Shown here piece after piece: positions 1-12,810 of a DNA stretch of 64,000 nucleotides. The stretch is from contig JAAOMT010000009.1 of NCBI GenBank assembly GCA_016748015.1, positions 328,459 through 392,458 of the forward strand, written 5' to 3'. Position numbers and translations under genes: made by a program. Every line of letters starts with the position of its first letter. Position 1 is the stretch's first letter. The notes below the pieces were generated by a model, which ran no database searches, had not been told where the DNA came from, and saw nothing but the letters and a program-made list of their open reading frames with translations. The stretch is from Geosiphon pyriformis uo1 (lineage: Eukaryota > Fungi > Glomeromycota).

Positions 1-809
1 AAAGAGGTTTTTCAAGAATATGATAGCATGAAATAGTCAGTAACCTCGGTATTTAGCGGCATACCCGAAGACCATCACCTAAACCACGTTTCCAGATCTA
101 AGTTTCACAAAGGAGATCATTTTGTAGCATAGATCATCGCTTACCTCAGCAAGCCTACAAAGAACACCGTGTCAACTTTGAATCCGTGCTAACTTTAGAT
201 AGAAACTTCTTAAAAAGATTTATCAATGTGAGCCTATCAAAGTAACTAAATAACCAGTTGAGGCGCGTTCCGCTGTAGTGTACTGGTTGTATGATATCAG
301 GGTTGCTTTTTAGTGTTATGGTTTGTCAATCTCAACTTTCGCGTGGATTTTACTTTAAGCTAAGGAAATTTCAGGCGATGGAAAGGTCCGACCGTCATTC
401 AAAGGATTACTTAAGCTGCCTTTTCTGTGTTTGATTTTATTTAATAAGTTTATTCTCAGCGGGAAAATTTTCAAGATCAGCCCAAAAATTAGAAATCGTA
501 ATAGTGAGTAATGTGTATGAGTTCCAGAAACAATTTTTATGTTTTAAAGGTTTTGGAACAAGACAAAAATACCGATTGTAGGGCTACAAGGGTAAACAAT
601 TGAATATGTATCGGGCCAATCCAAGGCTTGGAATAATTCTTTATTTTTAACAAGAAATAAGGAAATTTCGATCCAGATAATTGTATTACAAAGTCAAATT
701 TTCATTAATAACCTATTCTCTTGAAAACCCAACCAAAGGTTTTTGGTCAAGAATTAGATTTTTCTATGAAATTTTGCTGTTTACTAAAGCCGAGTCTGTA
801 GCCTATATA

Positions 810-1903
810 AAGTCCTGGCGGAAAGTAATCTCGGACGGCTTTTTTTGAATCACACAATCCTTTTAAAAACTAACCAAGGATATTTTTTATTCAAGATATG
901 TATGAAAATTAATGTTTAGTGTGGCCTCCTTCTGCATCTTTACAAGCTTGAAAATGGGGTAGGCATGCTGCAAATATTAGAAAAAAACCTTCTCTTCCTT
1001 CAGCCCAATAAAAATCTCTTGAAACGCGCTTTTTTTTGCCACCAGTCCTTGTACTTTTTTCTCAAAATTTTGCTTCAAAACAGCCCAACGGGGTTGAGGT
1101 CTGGGCTATGGCAGATTCCGGCATGAAAGTCTTGCTTGGAGTTCAGAACACACATCATTCGAGGTGTTTTTTGGATAATTATCCTGCTAGAATATTCACT
1201 GATGCTTATATTCTTGGTTGCATTTTATAACGATGGTTGTTTAGTATTCCATAATAGATATCATGGTTCAAATTCACAATGAATAGATGAAAACCAGTCT
1301 TGCCGCATTTGCTGATCGCTACCCAAACATTTAACTTGAAAGGGGCTATTAGGTTTCCATCATGAGATCATGCCAAACAGGTATTTCGAAACATCTGAAA
1401 AGTTGTTTTATCAGAGAATACAACCTTATGCCACCAGTTGCAACGGCGATGTTCAAGCGCCCATTGTGAGTGGTTCTCCTTGGAACTTTTGGTGAGAAGA
1501 GGGATACGTTTGGGCAGAATGGCCATGTAGCTAAGTCTTAAAAGCTCGGACAGTTCGTTTACTGGCTTCAAAGCCTTGATGCGTTCTTTAAGCCGTAGTT
1601 TGATTTCGGCTGCCGTAACGAAATGGTCTTCCATGGACGATTTCGCCGATCTGGCTAGGATGAGAATTTGGGCGAAGGGGAGTGACGTAAAGTTGACAGG
1701 AGCGAAGTTAATTTGGCAATTTAGGTTGCATTGCGGTGGGCGTTGTGCCAAGAGCACTTAAGGTGGCGGCAAGAATAAATAGAAGGTTGTCCCGGTATCA
1801 AAGAGCAACATAAATAACATTTACGCGTCGGCCTTTTTTGAAAGGAGATCGATAAGGCAATAAATTTTGCTACTGATGTCGGGGCCATTACATTCCGTCA
1901 CTG
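810..1903 (-). mobile_element. Decayed Tc1/IS630-family DNA transposon (copy A)
   Basis: Minus-strand fragment W..EHRRCNWWHKVVFSDKTTFQMFRN resembles the Tc1 'FSDE' DDE motif. Imperfect TIRs: TA-AAGTCCTGGCGGAAAGTAAT (808-829) and ATTACATTCCGTCACTG-TA (1887-1905). Frameshifted. Confidence 0.8.
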
Positions 1904-2998
1904 TATTTTCACAAAAATGATTATTCCAAAAACTTTGGTTGTTGTTTTTTCTTTTCATATTCTCCCTGTTTAAAAAACTATTTCTTAATTTTAAATTTAA
2001 TTTACCCTTCTGTTCTGTTGCGTTTAAATCCTATCCCACGATGGTGATACTTGTCTATTATATCACCAACAATCTTGGATGCCTTACGATGAAGAGTATA
2101 ATTATTTTTCTTTGCAGCAATTTTAAGGGCATGATGTCATTTAGATTGGATTGGGAATTTAACAACTTTGCCAATTATTAGATCCATTTATAGCAAGAAA
2201 TTTTTTTTCAATAGACACATTAGTATTTTGTAAAATATAATAATATTAGAAATACTCGTGTTTCGTTTTCGACGGTTGAAGAGCTATGTTTAGTAGTTTT
2301 GTCTTCAAGTTTTCTAAAGTTGGGATTGACGATAACATATCGATTTATACACTTTTAAAATATTTTAGATCTAAAAGTAGTTATTATACAAATTTACGGA
2401 GCAAATCTTTTACGTTACAATATTTAAGGGAATAATTTAACCTAAAAAGGAAATTTATTTATTATTAAACAGTTTCCAGACTGTTTAACAATAAATAACT
2501 AGGAAAAAAAAATTTCTAAAAATTAGGTACAGAAAAAGAACTATATAAATGTATTAATTTTCAAAAGTTAAAAAAAGTGAAGGTCGAATCGGGGCTAAAA
2601 GTTTTAATTCCGAAATTTATAAATAGAAATTTCGTAATAAACTTTACATAAAAACACCCCTAAATTTAGGCAACGTAAATCCTGTAATTTATGAAATGAT
2701 AAAGTATCCATTTTTAAGAAAAAAATTCATTTTGAATTTCCAAATCCATAAAAAACTAATTAGAAATGATATTATGCAAGCATTTTCAATAAATCTGTTT
2801 TGAAATCATTTTGATTAATGAACCTTGCCTTTAGAAATAGTTACGTCATTAAATTGGTTACGCCTTTGTCATCGCAACTACCTTTCATCCGGACAAAAAA
2901 TTGTGATTTACAAACTGCGTTGTGATCTTAACCTTATTTGATGAATGATTAAATGATTTATCTTCGCAGCTGATAGGCTTAGGCCTTGTCACTCCTTG

Positions 2999-3029
2999 AT
3001 TATTATTATTATTATTATTATTGTTATTG

Positions 3030-3097
<68 letters not shown>

Positions 3098-3165
3098 TTA
3101 TTATCGCGTGTACCATGCTTCAATTATTACTGTTGATTATTATTATTATTATTATTACAGTATTA

Positions 3166-3200
<35 letters not shown>
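2999..3200. repeat. (TAT)n / (TGT)n microsatellite array
   Basis: Long TAT runs read directly; they explain the poly-Y, poly-L and poly-I ORFs. Confidence 0.95.
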
Positions 3201-3205
<5 letters not shown>

Positions 3206-3459
3206 ATTATATCTTGATCAAGGCTTATCAATTATATTCGTACTAGCAATAATAATAAAGACAAACTTTATCATGATAAACTGAGATCTGATTCGTGCAA
3301 AGTCACTCTCCGAAATCAACAAAAAGTGCAAGTCTTCAGCATCCGAATTTTTGAGTGAAATTATATCAACTATTGAAATTTGTTGAGTTATTAGCTTAGA
3401 ATTTCCAAAATCCACTTAAATTCTGGTGAGCCCAAAAATATTGAACATATATTTCCAAG

Positions 3460-4907
3460 ATGTCAAAAGCGACAAATGAATCAGGCGTTTCGTCCAGTTC
3501 GTCTTCAGAGACAGGATCTTTGTATGGGAGACGCCCAAGAGGTAACAAAATCGATTTCAAACGAGTTCTCGGGCTTGAATTAAACGGATATTCGAAATTA
3601 AGGGTATGTCCTAATTTTCATTTAAATAACTCAAATCATTGTGAAATTTCTCATCTGATATGTTGCCTTCGAATTTCGTCCAGCAGGAAATAACTCTCAA
3701 AGCTACGAAACATTGGTTGGATTACGCGCTGACCTTTAAGCAACAAGGATCGCAACAAGTGATAGCAGTTTATCAAGAGGTCTGTGTGAATTTTTTTTGT
3801 CTTGAAGGTTTCTTAACTGGAGTTAGTTTTGTTCATTTATCTATTGTCAAATACAGGTTTACAGAGACTACCCTGATTTGAAGTCCTGCGAAAATGATTG
3901 GATCGCACGAGAATTGACGAGAAGCGTGTTCAATTCACATCAACAAGCCTTAAGGAACAAATATAAACAGGTTTTTATGATTTGCTAATTTTAACTAAAG
4001 AGATAGAATTTCCAAAAAAGTCTGCTTCATGATTCTTGGTTACCTTGATTCAATATTCTTTTAGTGTGTCCAGAAAGGAAACATTAGGACATTGGAGGAC
4101 CTTTCACGGCATTTTGATGGGGTCCGTGAAACAAAACGTTTTCGGAAAAACGAATTTGAATCTGAGGCAGCAGACTCGAGCTTGGGTATATATCTAAATT
4201 TTTCTCTTTTCGTTATCTACCATTTAACAAAAAAAATTGAATTTCGATAATTATTTTTAAATTTCAAAATATAAAGATCATTCTCGTCAAACTACGCCCT
4301 TCCACTTAGCCGAACAAGTTAATGGTATTTATAGTCATCTTTATCTCAATATAAAAGCTTGTTTTCCAAGGATTAACAAATTTCTGGTTGATCAGATGGG
4401 TATTCAACTCCTTTAAATCCTGTCGACAGCAAAAATGAGATCGACAAAACAACGCGGCCAACTCGAAGAATTTCACAACACATGAACGAGCTAGTCCCAT
4501 ACCATGATTCTTCGTCTGCTTCGATGTTTTCGTATTCCACATCCTCACAAAGATCTCTTCCATTAACCCAATCAATGGTTTATCATGGTGTTTCATCATC
4601 ACCTCACCAATATAAGCAGGGTAAGATTCCTCTAAAGAAACAAAATTCTGAAAATCTTATACTAGCAAGAAATCTAAGAAAATTTCAAAAAATTCCAGTC
4701 TCTGTTGAACCGTTACAGACAAAAGAAACACCAGCTTGTATTTCAACGGAATCGTCGAATTTCGAGAATGACGTCAGTATAGATTTTATTGAATATACCG
4801 TTAGCCAAGAAATTCGAGTTGTCAACAGGTCGATTGTTTTAAGAGTCAATAAAAGGACTGGTGTGTCAGAAAGGTATGTACGTGAGACCGAGCATATCTT
4901 AAAATAA
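3460..4907 (+). CDS. Multi-exon hypothetical protein
   Basis: ATG 3460; GT-AG introns join ...YSKLR|QEITLKATKHWLDYALTFKQQGSQQVIAVYQE|VYRDYPDLKSCENDWIARELTRSVFNS... in frame. The 3' exon structure is uncertain. Confidence 0.6.
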
Positions 4908-5962
4908 TAAGTAAAACAGCCAATTTCAACTTTGAACTTTGAACATGAAAAATTGAAAAAATGGCATTAAAATAAACGATTATTTATAAATTATATTTTA
5001 GATAAAAATCTATAATTCATTTTTAAATTAGCTTGATTGTAAATTCGCTTATACCTTAAAGTAAGCTTTCACCAGAGCATTCTTGATTTTTGCCTCAATT
5101 GTTTTACATTGATAGTTTAAACAAAGATAATCAAGTCAAGTTTGCAAAAATTAAATTATTTTTGATTAAAAGCCTATCATTTAGCAAGTAAATAGAAATT
5201 TTTTTGCTCACATTGCTTAAAAAAATTAGAGCAAAAACTGTAAGGAACACTATTCATTATCTCGCGACTATATAAGGTATAGAGAACCAATACGTTTTCC
5301 CTCTCTTTATAAACCAATTTTTTGTCTTTTCGCTTCTCATCTCAGCCCAATATCCTTTTGATATTTTGTTGCAATCACTTTCGGATATTGGACACCTTTA
5401 AATGTTAATATTTATGATTTACTCGATAATATCCATTTTCATTGCAAGTCAATTACGAATACAGATTAACTTTTTATAGATTCACAGGAGAAACCTCTGT
5501 ATGTGATAAATAATGAGACGAAATTATGAATGGTCTATAATGTTTTAAAAGCCGTTTGAAGTTTTACACTAAAAGGTATCAATTTAATAATTTAATTCGT
5601 AAATTGCTCACAAAAGTTAGCTGAAATTCGATTCTCAACAATGGAATTATACAGTATCTTCGTACTTGGGAAATTTTGCTTTCTAAAAAATGCCAACATA
5701 GCTATTTATATGAGCAATGGCCGAATTCAAATAGGTTCAATTGAAGAGTTCTTCGGATTAACCTTTTTCATTACAAACAGAAAAAGGCTCAAGATAAATT
5801 CCGAAAGTCATGTGAGTGACCATCATATTAAGTTGTTTTTTACCAATTTAAAATTGGAGGAAAAAACCAATCCTACTCAAAAAACGAGTAAAATACATAC
5901 CATTAAAACTAATATCTGACTAGCTATTACGCGTAAATCAAAAATACAAAACAAAATTTTTA

Positions 5963-6427
5963 TCAATGATGATAGTCGGAGTAAGAGATTGGATAATGGT
6001 GATGATGAGGTCCAACAAGGTATGTCTGAGGATTGGGTTTATTCTTTTTCTGGTAAGCAAGATGACGCAGCACATCCTCATCCTCATCCTCATCCTCATC
6101 CTCATCCTCATCTTCTTCCCACAATTCTTCCTCCTCTAGTTCATTCTCCTCTTCCTCTAGCTCATCCTCCTCCTCTTGTTCCTCTAGCTCATCCTCCTCT
6201 TCTTGACGTTTATGAAGTGGATTAATTTCATATGGGAAGGAACTTTGAACCCCTCGCTCTGAGATGTCAATTCCATCGCGTCGAGTCACAGGAAGAAAAT
6301 TTGAACAGTAAGATTGATCTGGGATCCGTGTGGCTGAGACGAGGAAAAATACCATTATCAGAGCAATTAAACTGAAAATAAGAAGGTAGAATTTAGCACT
6401 GCAAGGATCAAAGATTTTGCGCATCAT
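5963..6427 (-). CDS. Small secreted protein with a poly-Glu/Asp tract and His-rich tail
   Basis: ATG 6427; hydrophobic signal FYLLIFSLIALIMVFFLVSA; RR and KR sites; ~44-aa acidic tract; ends GPHHHHYPISYSDYHH. Confidence 0.7.
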   Translation of the reverse strand: MMRKIFDPCSAKFYLLIFSLIALIMVFFLVSATRIPDQSYCSNFLPVTRRDGIDISERGVQSSFPYEINPLHKRQEEEDELEEQEEEDELEEEENELEEEELWEEDEDEDEDEDEDEDVLRHLAYQKKNKPNPQTYLVGPHHHHYPISYSDYHH

Positions 6428-9400
6428 TTCAAGTGCAATCTTGAGGGATAAAACAATAGATATATATTTTTTTAATATAATAGGGGTTTTTAGCTTGTTA
6501 CTGAATTCAATCAAAAACTGAGTGTTTATATAAAAGTTTAATCAGTTTGCAATTATATGATCGAGAATGTATCGATTCCAAACTTTTGAAGCAATCTTGA
6601 TGCTTGAAAATCGGCAAAGATGCAGTAGAAATAGACCTACTGATTATTTTGAATTAAGAACATAGAGTGCATGTTAAATTTGCTGCCATATTGAAATCTC
6701 AAATCCGATAATAAGTTTGAATAGAATATGAGTAAACGTGGTTAAATATACTTTCTCTATTTCATCTATGAATGGTTAAGATATTCCAAGAATTCGTTAT
6801 TGATAAGCTTTAAAAAAACTATTTTAACTATCAATAATTCGGAATCCATCAAATATTGTGCTGACCATAGTATAACTTCCTAAATTCTAGAACCCAAAAT
6901 GTTTGCTCGAGCGAAATTTTGTCCTTCTCTTTTTCACATAATTTCTTTCTTTTTGCTATTTTAATATCTTGTTTATTTTGTCTTTGAGAGATATATACTA
7001 ATGAATCGACATTCGAAGGATTTATTTCTAATATATAGCCTCAACTGCAAGAATAGACACATATATTAATTGAAAAGGGCAACGTGAAGATATAAAAAAT
7101 TAAAGGGAGGCCAATTATGATGACGAAAAATATCAATTTGGAAATAAATTCATCCTTAGCAAAATATTTTTTAAGAAAAAGACAAAAAAAGTCCAACCTA
7201 AAATAAATAAAAACCATAATATGGGAATGAAATAATAACTGCTTCATACCTTTTAAACTATTTTGAAGAAATGACATGGTATAAATATAAAATATATTCC
7301 CTTAATGAAGTTAGTGGCCATATTAGTCGTGGGGATTTATGGTATACATCATTTAAATTGAAATCCTATTCTCATCGAGGCAAAAATTTTCCTAAAGATA
7401 GGTATTTTATGCTTGGGAATTTCGCAAAAAACATCAACTAAATTATCTTTTACCAGGAATTTAAAAAGTAATACCAGAGGCCTATCCAGTACAATACCAC
7501 TAAGACACATAATGGTTTACTTTGGAGATAGATTCAGTTAAAAGGATATTTATTCTAAAATAATGCTATTAAATTTTTTTGACAAAATCTAATCACTAAA
7601 TTCTGATTAATTGAATACTTGATTTTTAGTGTCAGTTTAAATAGTAAAAATTATTTTCCCAGTATTTTTCAATTTGTTAATTTAATAATAATTTTTTGGT
7701 CAAGTTCAAGTGCTATACAATACTTAAAGTACTATATGTTTAGAAAAATATTCACCATATTTTACAAGTGCTTAAACACTTTTAAATTATTTATTTATTT
7801 AGAAACAAGATTAAATCCAAGTCAAAATAATTTTGCATGTTAATTTACTTTTGATTACAGCTTTATTAAAAGTGTTATAATTGGTTTTCAATTTTTTCTA
7901 ATTATTTTTAGAACTAATTTTTAAAACAATGAATTAGTTTATCAAACTTTGTTCTTTAATCAGGCATTTAAAGCATGCTATAATGTTATCTTTCTTGATG
8001 TATTATGGTTTTGCCAAAGTAAAGGTGAAATTTCCATTCAACAAAAAAAGCAATAATTTATTATAAAAACATATCAATCATTCAAATAAAAGAATTCCAG
8101 TTTTTTTATTATTCAACAGACTCTGTTTTTTAAAACCAACATAAATCTTTTGCTAAGACTATATGAAACTCACATAAAAAGGTTACTTTTTAATTGATAT
8201 TTTTTGGGAAAAATTTCCCTTGACTTTTAATCTGGATAAATTTCAAAAGACCAAGAAATAAAAAATGTTTTTAATTTACTAATAATTTTAAAAAAAAATC
8301 TTCATTTTTTTGACCATTGAAATTCAGTAATATATATAAATTTTTTTTTGGAAAAGAGTAATTTTTCAGATTTCAATGTGACCATTTTTGTCACATTCCT
8401 CTTATTATTGTTGAGAATACAAGAAATAACGCATGCAACCCAATCTCATAAACAAGTATTTTTGTCACATTCTCTTTTGTTGTTGAAATAACGCATCAAA
8501 CACACAAATTCGATAAATTTGAAATTAAGTAAATAAAATTTTCTCTTGCTATTTGCCAGAAATTATGTTAATGAGGGAAAGATATTTTTGGATATATAAT
8601 ATAAAATAAATTATAGAATACTTGCTAAAAGTTTCTATATATAGATGAAAAAGGTAGAGAATAAAGGCAACAATAAAAGAAGTTCACTGCTTCTTAATTT
8701 ACTAAAAATCCCATTTTTATATTGCTCTGCTTTGGACTCTAAAAAAAAGCAAATGGTAACAACCAATTTCGAATCTCGAAAATGAAGAAATTAGTAATCG
8801 GATGATGCTGCAATAGGAAACTTGGAAAGTTATCATTTAGAATGATTCAAGCAAATCTTTTTTACCGAATTTTTTTAAAAAGCAACAACCAATATGATAC
8901 ACATTATAAAAGTTGATAGGTTTTGAATATTTTTAATTTATTTTCTTTTTAATTTTATTTGTAGTTTTTGAGTGTTATTCAGGTCGTATAATCATCCTAG
9001 TTTTGATTCACAAAAAAAACATCACTTGAAATAAACTACCCGTTGTCAAAACTAAATGTGATGACTTATGACTTATTTAGATTTTTTTTAATGCTGATTT
9101 AAATGAAGAAAATGTTGAAACATGCAGAATGTGAATGAAAAAAATTACAATGCAAAATGCAAAAATGAATATGTCAAAAATTACAATGTGAAAATGCTAA
9201 TATGTAATGAAATCTATTTATGGGATAGAAATCAGAATATCTAAAATGCAAAAAATGTATTTATAAAACCTACACCGTGAAAATGTTGTGTATGGTTGGT
9301 ATTTAGTGGAATGATAGGAATGAAAGAAAGGTGGTGGTTGGAATTTGTTTGTTGCGCCAAATTTTGAAGATATAACAAGAACTCCTCATGTTAAGATTGC

Positions 9401-9546
9401 TCAAATCTTATTGTGACAGCGCCGGTAAAAAGCATCATTGCCTTGGACATACGTTTTGCTAGCCACCCTCGAATTAGCGGAAAAGAGTTGATGGAATTTC
9501 AATTGGAACAACATCCGCTTTATCGGTATTAGACGTTGTGATGTTA

Positions 9547-10545
9547 TCAAAGAGAACGTTTCTTTTTGCCACAATTAGAGAAACAAGGATCTCTTTGAGG
9601 AACTCTTTTTGCAAGAATAGGTTGAACAATTGAAGGAATTTCAACTGGGACAACCTTTGTTTCATCAGTAGTAGTAGTGGTGATGGTGGTGGTGGTAGGG
9701 GCAGCATTAAGAGAACGTTTCTTTTTGCCACAATTAGAGAAACAAGGATCTCGTTGAGGAACTCTTTTAGCAAGAATAGGTTGAACAATTGAAGGAATTT
9801 CAACTGGGACAACCTTGGTTTCATCAGTAGTAGTAGTGGTGATGGTGGTGGTGGTAGGGGCAGCATTAAGAGAACGTTTCTTTTTGCCACAATTAGAGAA
9901 ACAAGGATCTCGTTGAGGAATCCGTTTAGCAAGAATGGGCGCAGCAAAAGAAGGAAGTTGAATTGGGATCACGGTTGTTGGAATTATGGATCGCTTTTTA
10001 TCACAATTATAAAGACAAGGATTTCGTTGTAGAGTTGGTTTTTGCAAACTTTCATCGTCTGGCTTTCCTTGAGTCTTTGAGACAATGGATGAAATAGAGA
10101 TATCAGCACAATTGATATAGACATCACCAGAAAGTTTTGGCAGCCACCGGAAACGGAGTGTACATTGCTCGCATGTAACTTCCTTTGGCAGTTCCAATTT
10201 AGTTTCAAAAATTTCAATGTTATCTCCACAATTTGGGATTGACCCAATTGTTTGAAACTTTGTGTCTTCACCAGTTGTTGAAAGATCGATAAAACAATTG
10301 CCTTCAAGGGCATTTCCAATTTCAAACTCGATCTTAATTGATTCCCCTGCTGTATAATGAGTTCGAATTTGAGGAGCAATACCTGTAGTGGCTCCGCAAG
10401 TGTATTTAATGGTTGGTTGTCTTACAAGGGAAAGGCTGTTTTCAAGATCTCCTTTTGGAATACGAATTGCTGGTGTAATCAAGTGTGCTTGGGCGGCGAC
10501 ATTGCTTGTAGCGAACAAAAGGATTAAGGCGGTAACGAGTTTCAT
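9547..10545 (-). CDS. Secreted LPMO-fold protein (His brace degenerate) fused to Kex2-type peptide repeats
   Basis: Signal MKLVTALILLFATSNVAA; LPMO-like motifs LITPAIR, TCG, THYTAGESI, GNCFIDLS, LPKEVTCEQCTLRFRW, YINCADISI; C-terminal repeats KR-(V/I)PQRDPCFSNCG-KKKR. An alternative upstream ATG lies at 10623. Confidence 0.85.
   Translation of the reverse strand: MKLVTALILLFATSNVAAQAHLITPAIRIPKGDLENSLSLVRQPTIKYTCGATTGIAPQIRTHYTAGESIKIEFEIGNALEGNCFIDLSTTGEDTKFQTIGSIPNCGDNIEIFETKLELPKEVTCEQCTLRFRWLPKLSGDVYINCADISISSIVSKTQGKPDDESLQKPTLQRNPCLYNCDKKRSIIPTTVIPIQLPSFAAPILAKRIPQRDPCFSNCGKKKRSLNAAPTTTTITTTTTDETKVVPVEIPSIVQPILAKRVPQRDPCFSNCGKKKRSLNAAPTTTTITTTTTDETKVVPVEIPSIVQPILAKRVPQRDPCFSNCGKKKRSL
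9551..9935. repeat. 159-bp (53-aa) near-perfect coding tandem repeat
   Basis: AGAGAACGTTTCTTTTTGCCACAATTAGAGAAACAAGGATCTC recurs at 9551, 9710 and 9869. Confidence 0.95.
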
Positions 10546-10710
10546 GTTTATTGGCGTAGATAAGGATGAGTAGGAAGTAGAAGTGGCAATAGAGGTAGAG
10601 AATTTGCTTAAGAATGATGACATGATGGCGTTTTGATTCAAAAAAACCTCAAATTATGGGATGATTTGTTTAAAATGATTTAAAAGTCTTTAAAATAATG
10701 AACAGTTTTG

Positions 10711-10712
<2 letters not shown>

Positions 10713-10752
<40 letters not shown>
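10713..10752. repeat. (GA)n microsatellite upstream of the LPMO-like gene
   Basis: Read directly. Confidence 0.95.
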
Positions 10753-10756
<4 letters not shown>

Positions 10757-12761
10757 AAGGCGGTAAGAGAAAAGGAATTGTAAAAGATTGTTGAGTTAAA
10801 GGATAGAATCAATGAATGAGAATCTCCTCTATACAATAAGTATTGCCACTTCTATGAAAGGGAATCTACGCTCGAACAAATGTGATCATTAAAGGAAAGC
10901 GAAAATATTTGAATGAAGAAAAGAAATCATGACAGCTGGTGGGATTTTTATACACCGCTAATGTGTTACAAAAAGTTTTCAAAGTGTCTTTGTATGTTTG
11001 CAGTTAACATATAGAATTTAACGATAATCACTTTTAAAGTTAAGGTCTATTAAATTTTTAAAAAATACTGCATGATCTGTTATCCAGTTGGCCAAATTTG
11101 GCCTACAGTTACATTACTCAATTTTCCTGTTTTGGGATCGGTGGTAATACATGTATTAATTTACATTTTAGGGAGAACATTTTTTTTGTCTGTCGCCATT
11201 GGGAAATTTGTAATGCTATACATGTACCATGTCTTGATTTAAAATTTTATGTTATTTTACATCCTGATATCTATCAAGAAATAGAAAGTGTTGACCATAA
11301 TTAAAATTTAGGTAACTTTTGAAAGAGGAATTTACGAATTAGTTTTTGCATCAAGAGATCCATTGGGTATAGAAAAAGTCCCAAAGAATTATCATTTTAA
11401 CTTTGAAGTAAAAAAGCGATTAATAGATCTAATCTTTGGAGGGGAAAGGGGAATTTGAAACTTTTCGAGTAGTTATAGGGAATATGTCTTGTTTCTATCC
11501 ATCTTGTTAGATACTATATAAATGATTGATTAATATTGAATAAAATTATTTTAATAATTAAGTAATTTAATTTTAATAGAAAGTTCAAAATATTTTCAAG
11601 TCTATAAAATTCATCATATCTTTTATTAATCGACCTGATCACAACACGGTCGATTACTGGAAACTGATTAATACTTGCACGCCAATAATGGGATCTTACC
11701 AATAATGTACTACAAAAAGCAAAAAAATGTTATGCAGATTCTCAACAAGTATTAAACCTTAAAAATACCACAAAATATAAAAATTTATTAATGAAACTAG
11801 CCTTAAATTTCTTTTAATTTGAAATTATTCAGATTTTTTATTCTGTGCCCAGTCAATTTTTAGCAGACAAATCTACTGCAGTTTGTCCGAGAAAGTTTAA
11901 TGTAACTTTTGTGTTTCATGAAAAAGTATATTTCGACTTTAGAAAAAAAAAAAAAAAAACTATTCATGTGATTTTTCCTTTTAAGGAAAACAGCATTACG
12001 GGGAAACTTTTTGCCTCAAATTTTTTAGTTTTAAAAAAAATGTTTAATGAAATTAAAAATAACTATTTTTTTTGAAGGTTTAGTTCAAAAGTTTGTATAA
12101 AGAAATAAGAAATTTATTGTAACCATTATTTAAAACGATATCAAAAAAAAAAACAATTTCAATGAAACCATTTTTTGTATCCAAGAAAATATCTCCCTGA
12201 TACCTGATTCAGTCAATTTTTCAGGAAAACATCGAAATGCTGTTTATCTTTTTTTGGCCTCATTGTTGCCGGACTGATTTCATTGGAATTCATAGCGGGC
12301 ATGTAACAGTGATATTAGTTGCGTTTTATTTTTTATATTGGTATTACAACAGCATAAAACCGATCAAAAAAAAAAAAACCGCCAAACTTTTTAATTAATT
12401 TTCGTCATACTTTTTTTTAGATTCTCGTTGTTTCATTTTATGAATATCAAATGTTCACAATCTTGTTCTACTAATAACCATTGCTACACAAGATCCATTC
12501 GGATAGGCAACATGAAGAAAAGAAGGAAATCATCCCTCTTCATGAATACATGAATACGCACCAATGTCGCTGATTGCTGTCAAATTAATGATTTTCATGA
12601 TACATCCACTGTATGCACACTCAAAATGGAAAACAAAATAGGTTTAAAGACTTCTTGATGTTAAATTTATTTTTCTTTAAATCAATATATCTCGAATGAA
12701 TCAATTTAACAAAAGAGTTAAATTTAAATTTAACCCCTTTGAATCAGTAATGATCCTAAAA

Positions 12762-12810
12762 ATAATAATCATAATCATAATCATAATCATAATCATAATG
12801 ATAATCATAA
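12762..12810. repeat. (ATCATA)n hexamer microsatellite
   Basis: Read directly; explains the poly-I and IMIM ORFs. Confidence 0.9.

Noticed and set aside
268-315. tRNA-like 5' half TCCGCTGTAGTGTACTGGTT
   Set aside because: No T-loop/B-box or acceptor-stem complement follows.
2986-3246. Poly-Tyr and poly-Leu ORFs
   Set aside because: Translations of the TAT microsatellite.
5989-6225. (HP)n-rich plus-strand ORF
   Set aside because: Antisense shadow of the (ED)n tract in the minus-strand gene.
8384-8500. Short imperfect duplication ATTTTTGTCACATTC...GAAATAACGCAT
   Set aside because: Only two degenerate copies with no further structure.
9551-9935. Regular repeats as a CRISPR array
   Set aside because: Intervening sequences are near-identical, the period is 53 codons within an ORF, and the context is eukaryotic.
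9474-9947. 157-aa alternate-frame ORF
   Set aside because: Shadow frame of the tandem repeat; only its last ~24 codons are informative (ghost repeat).
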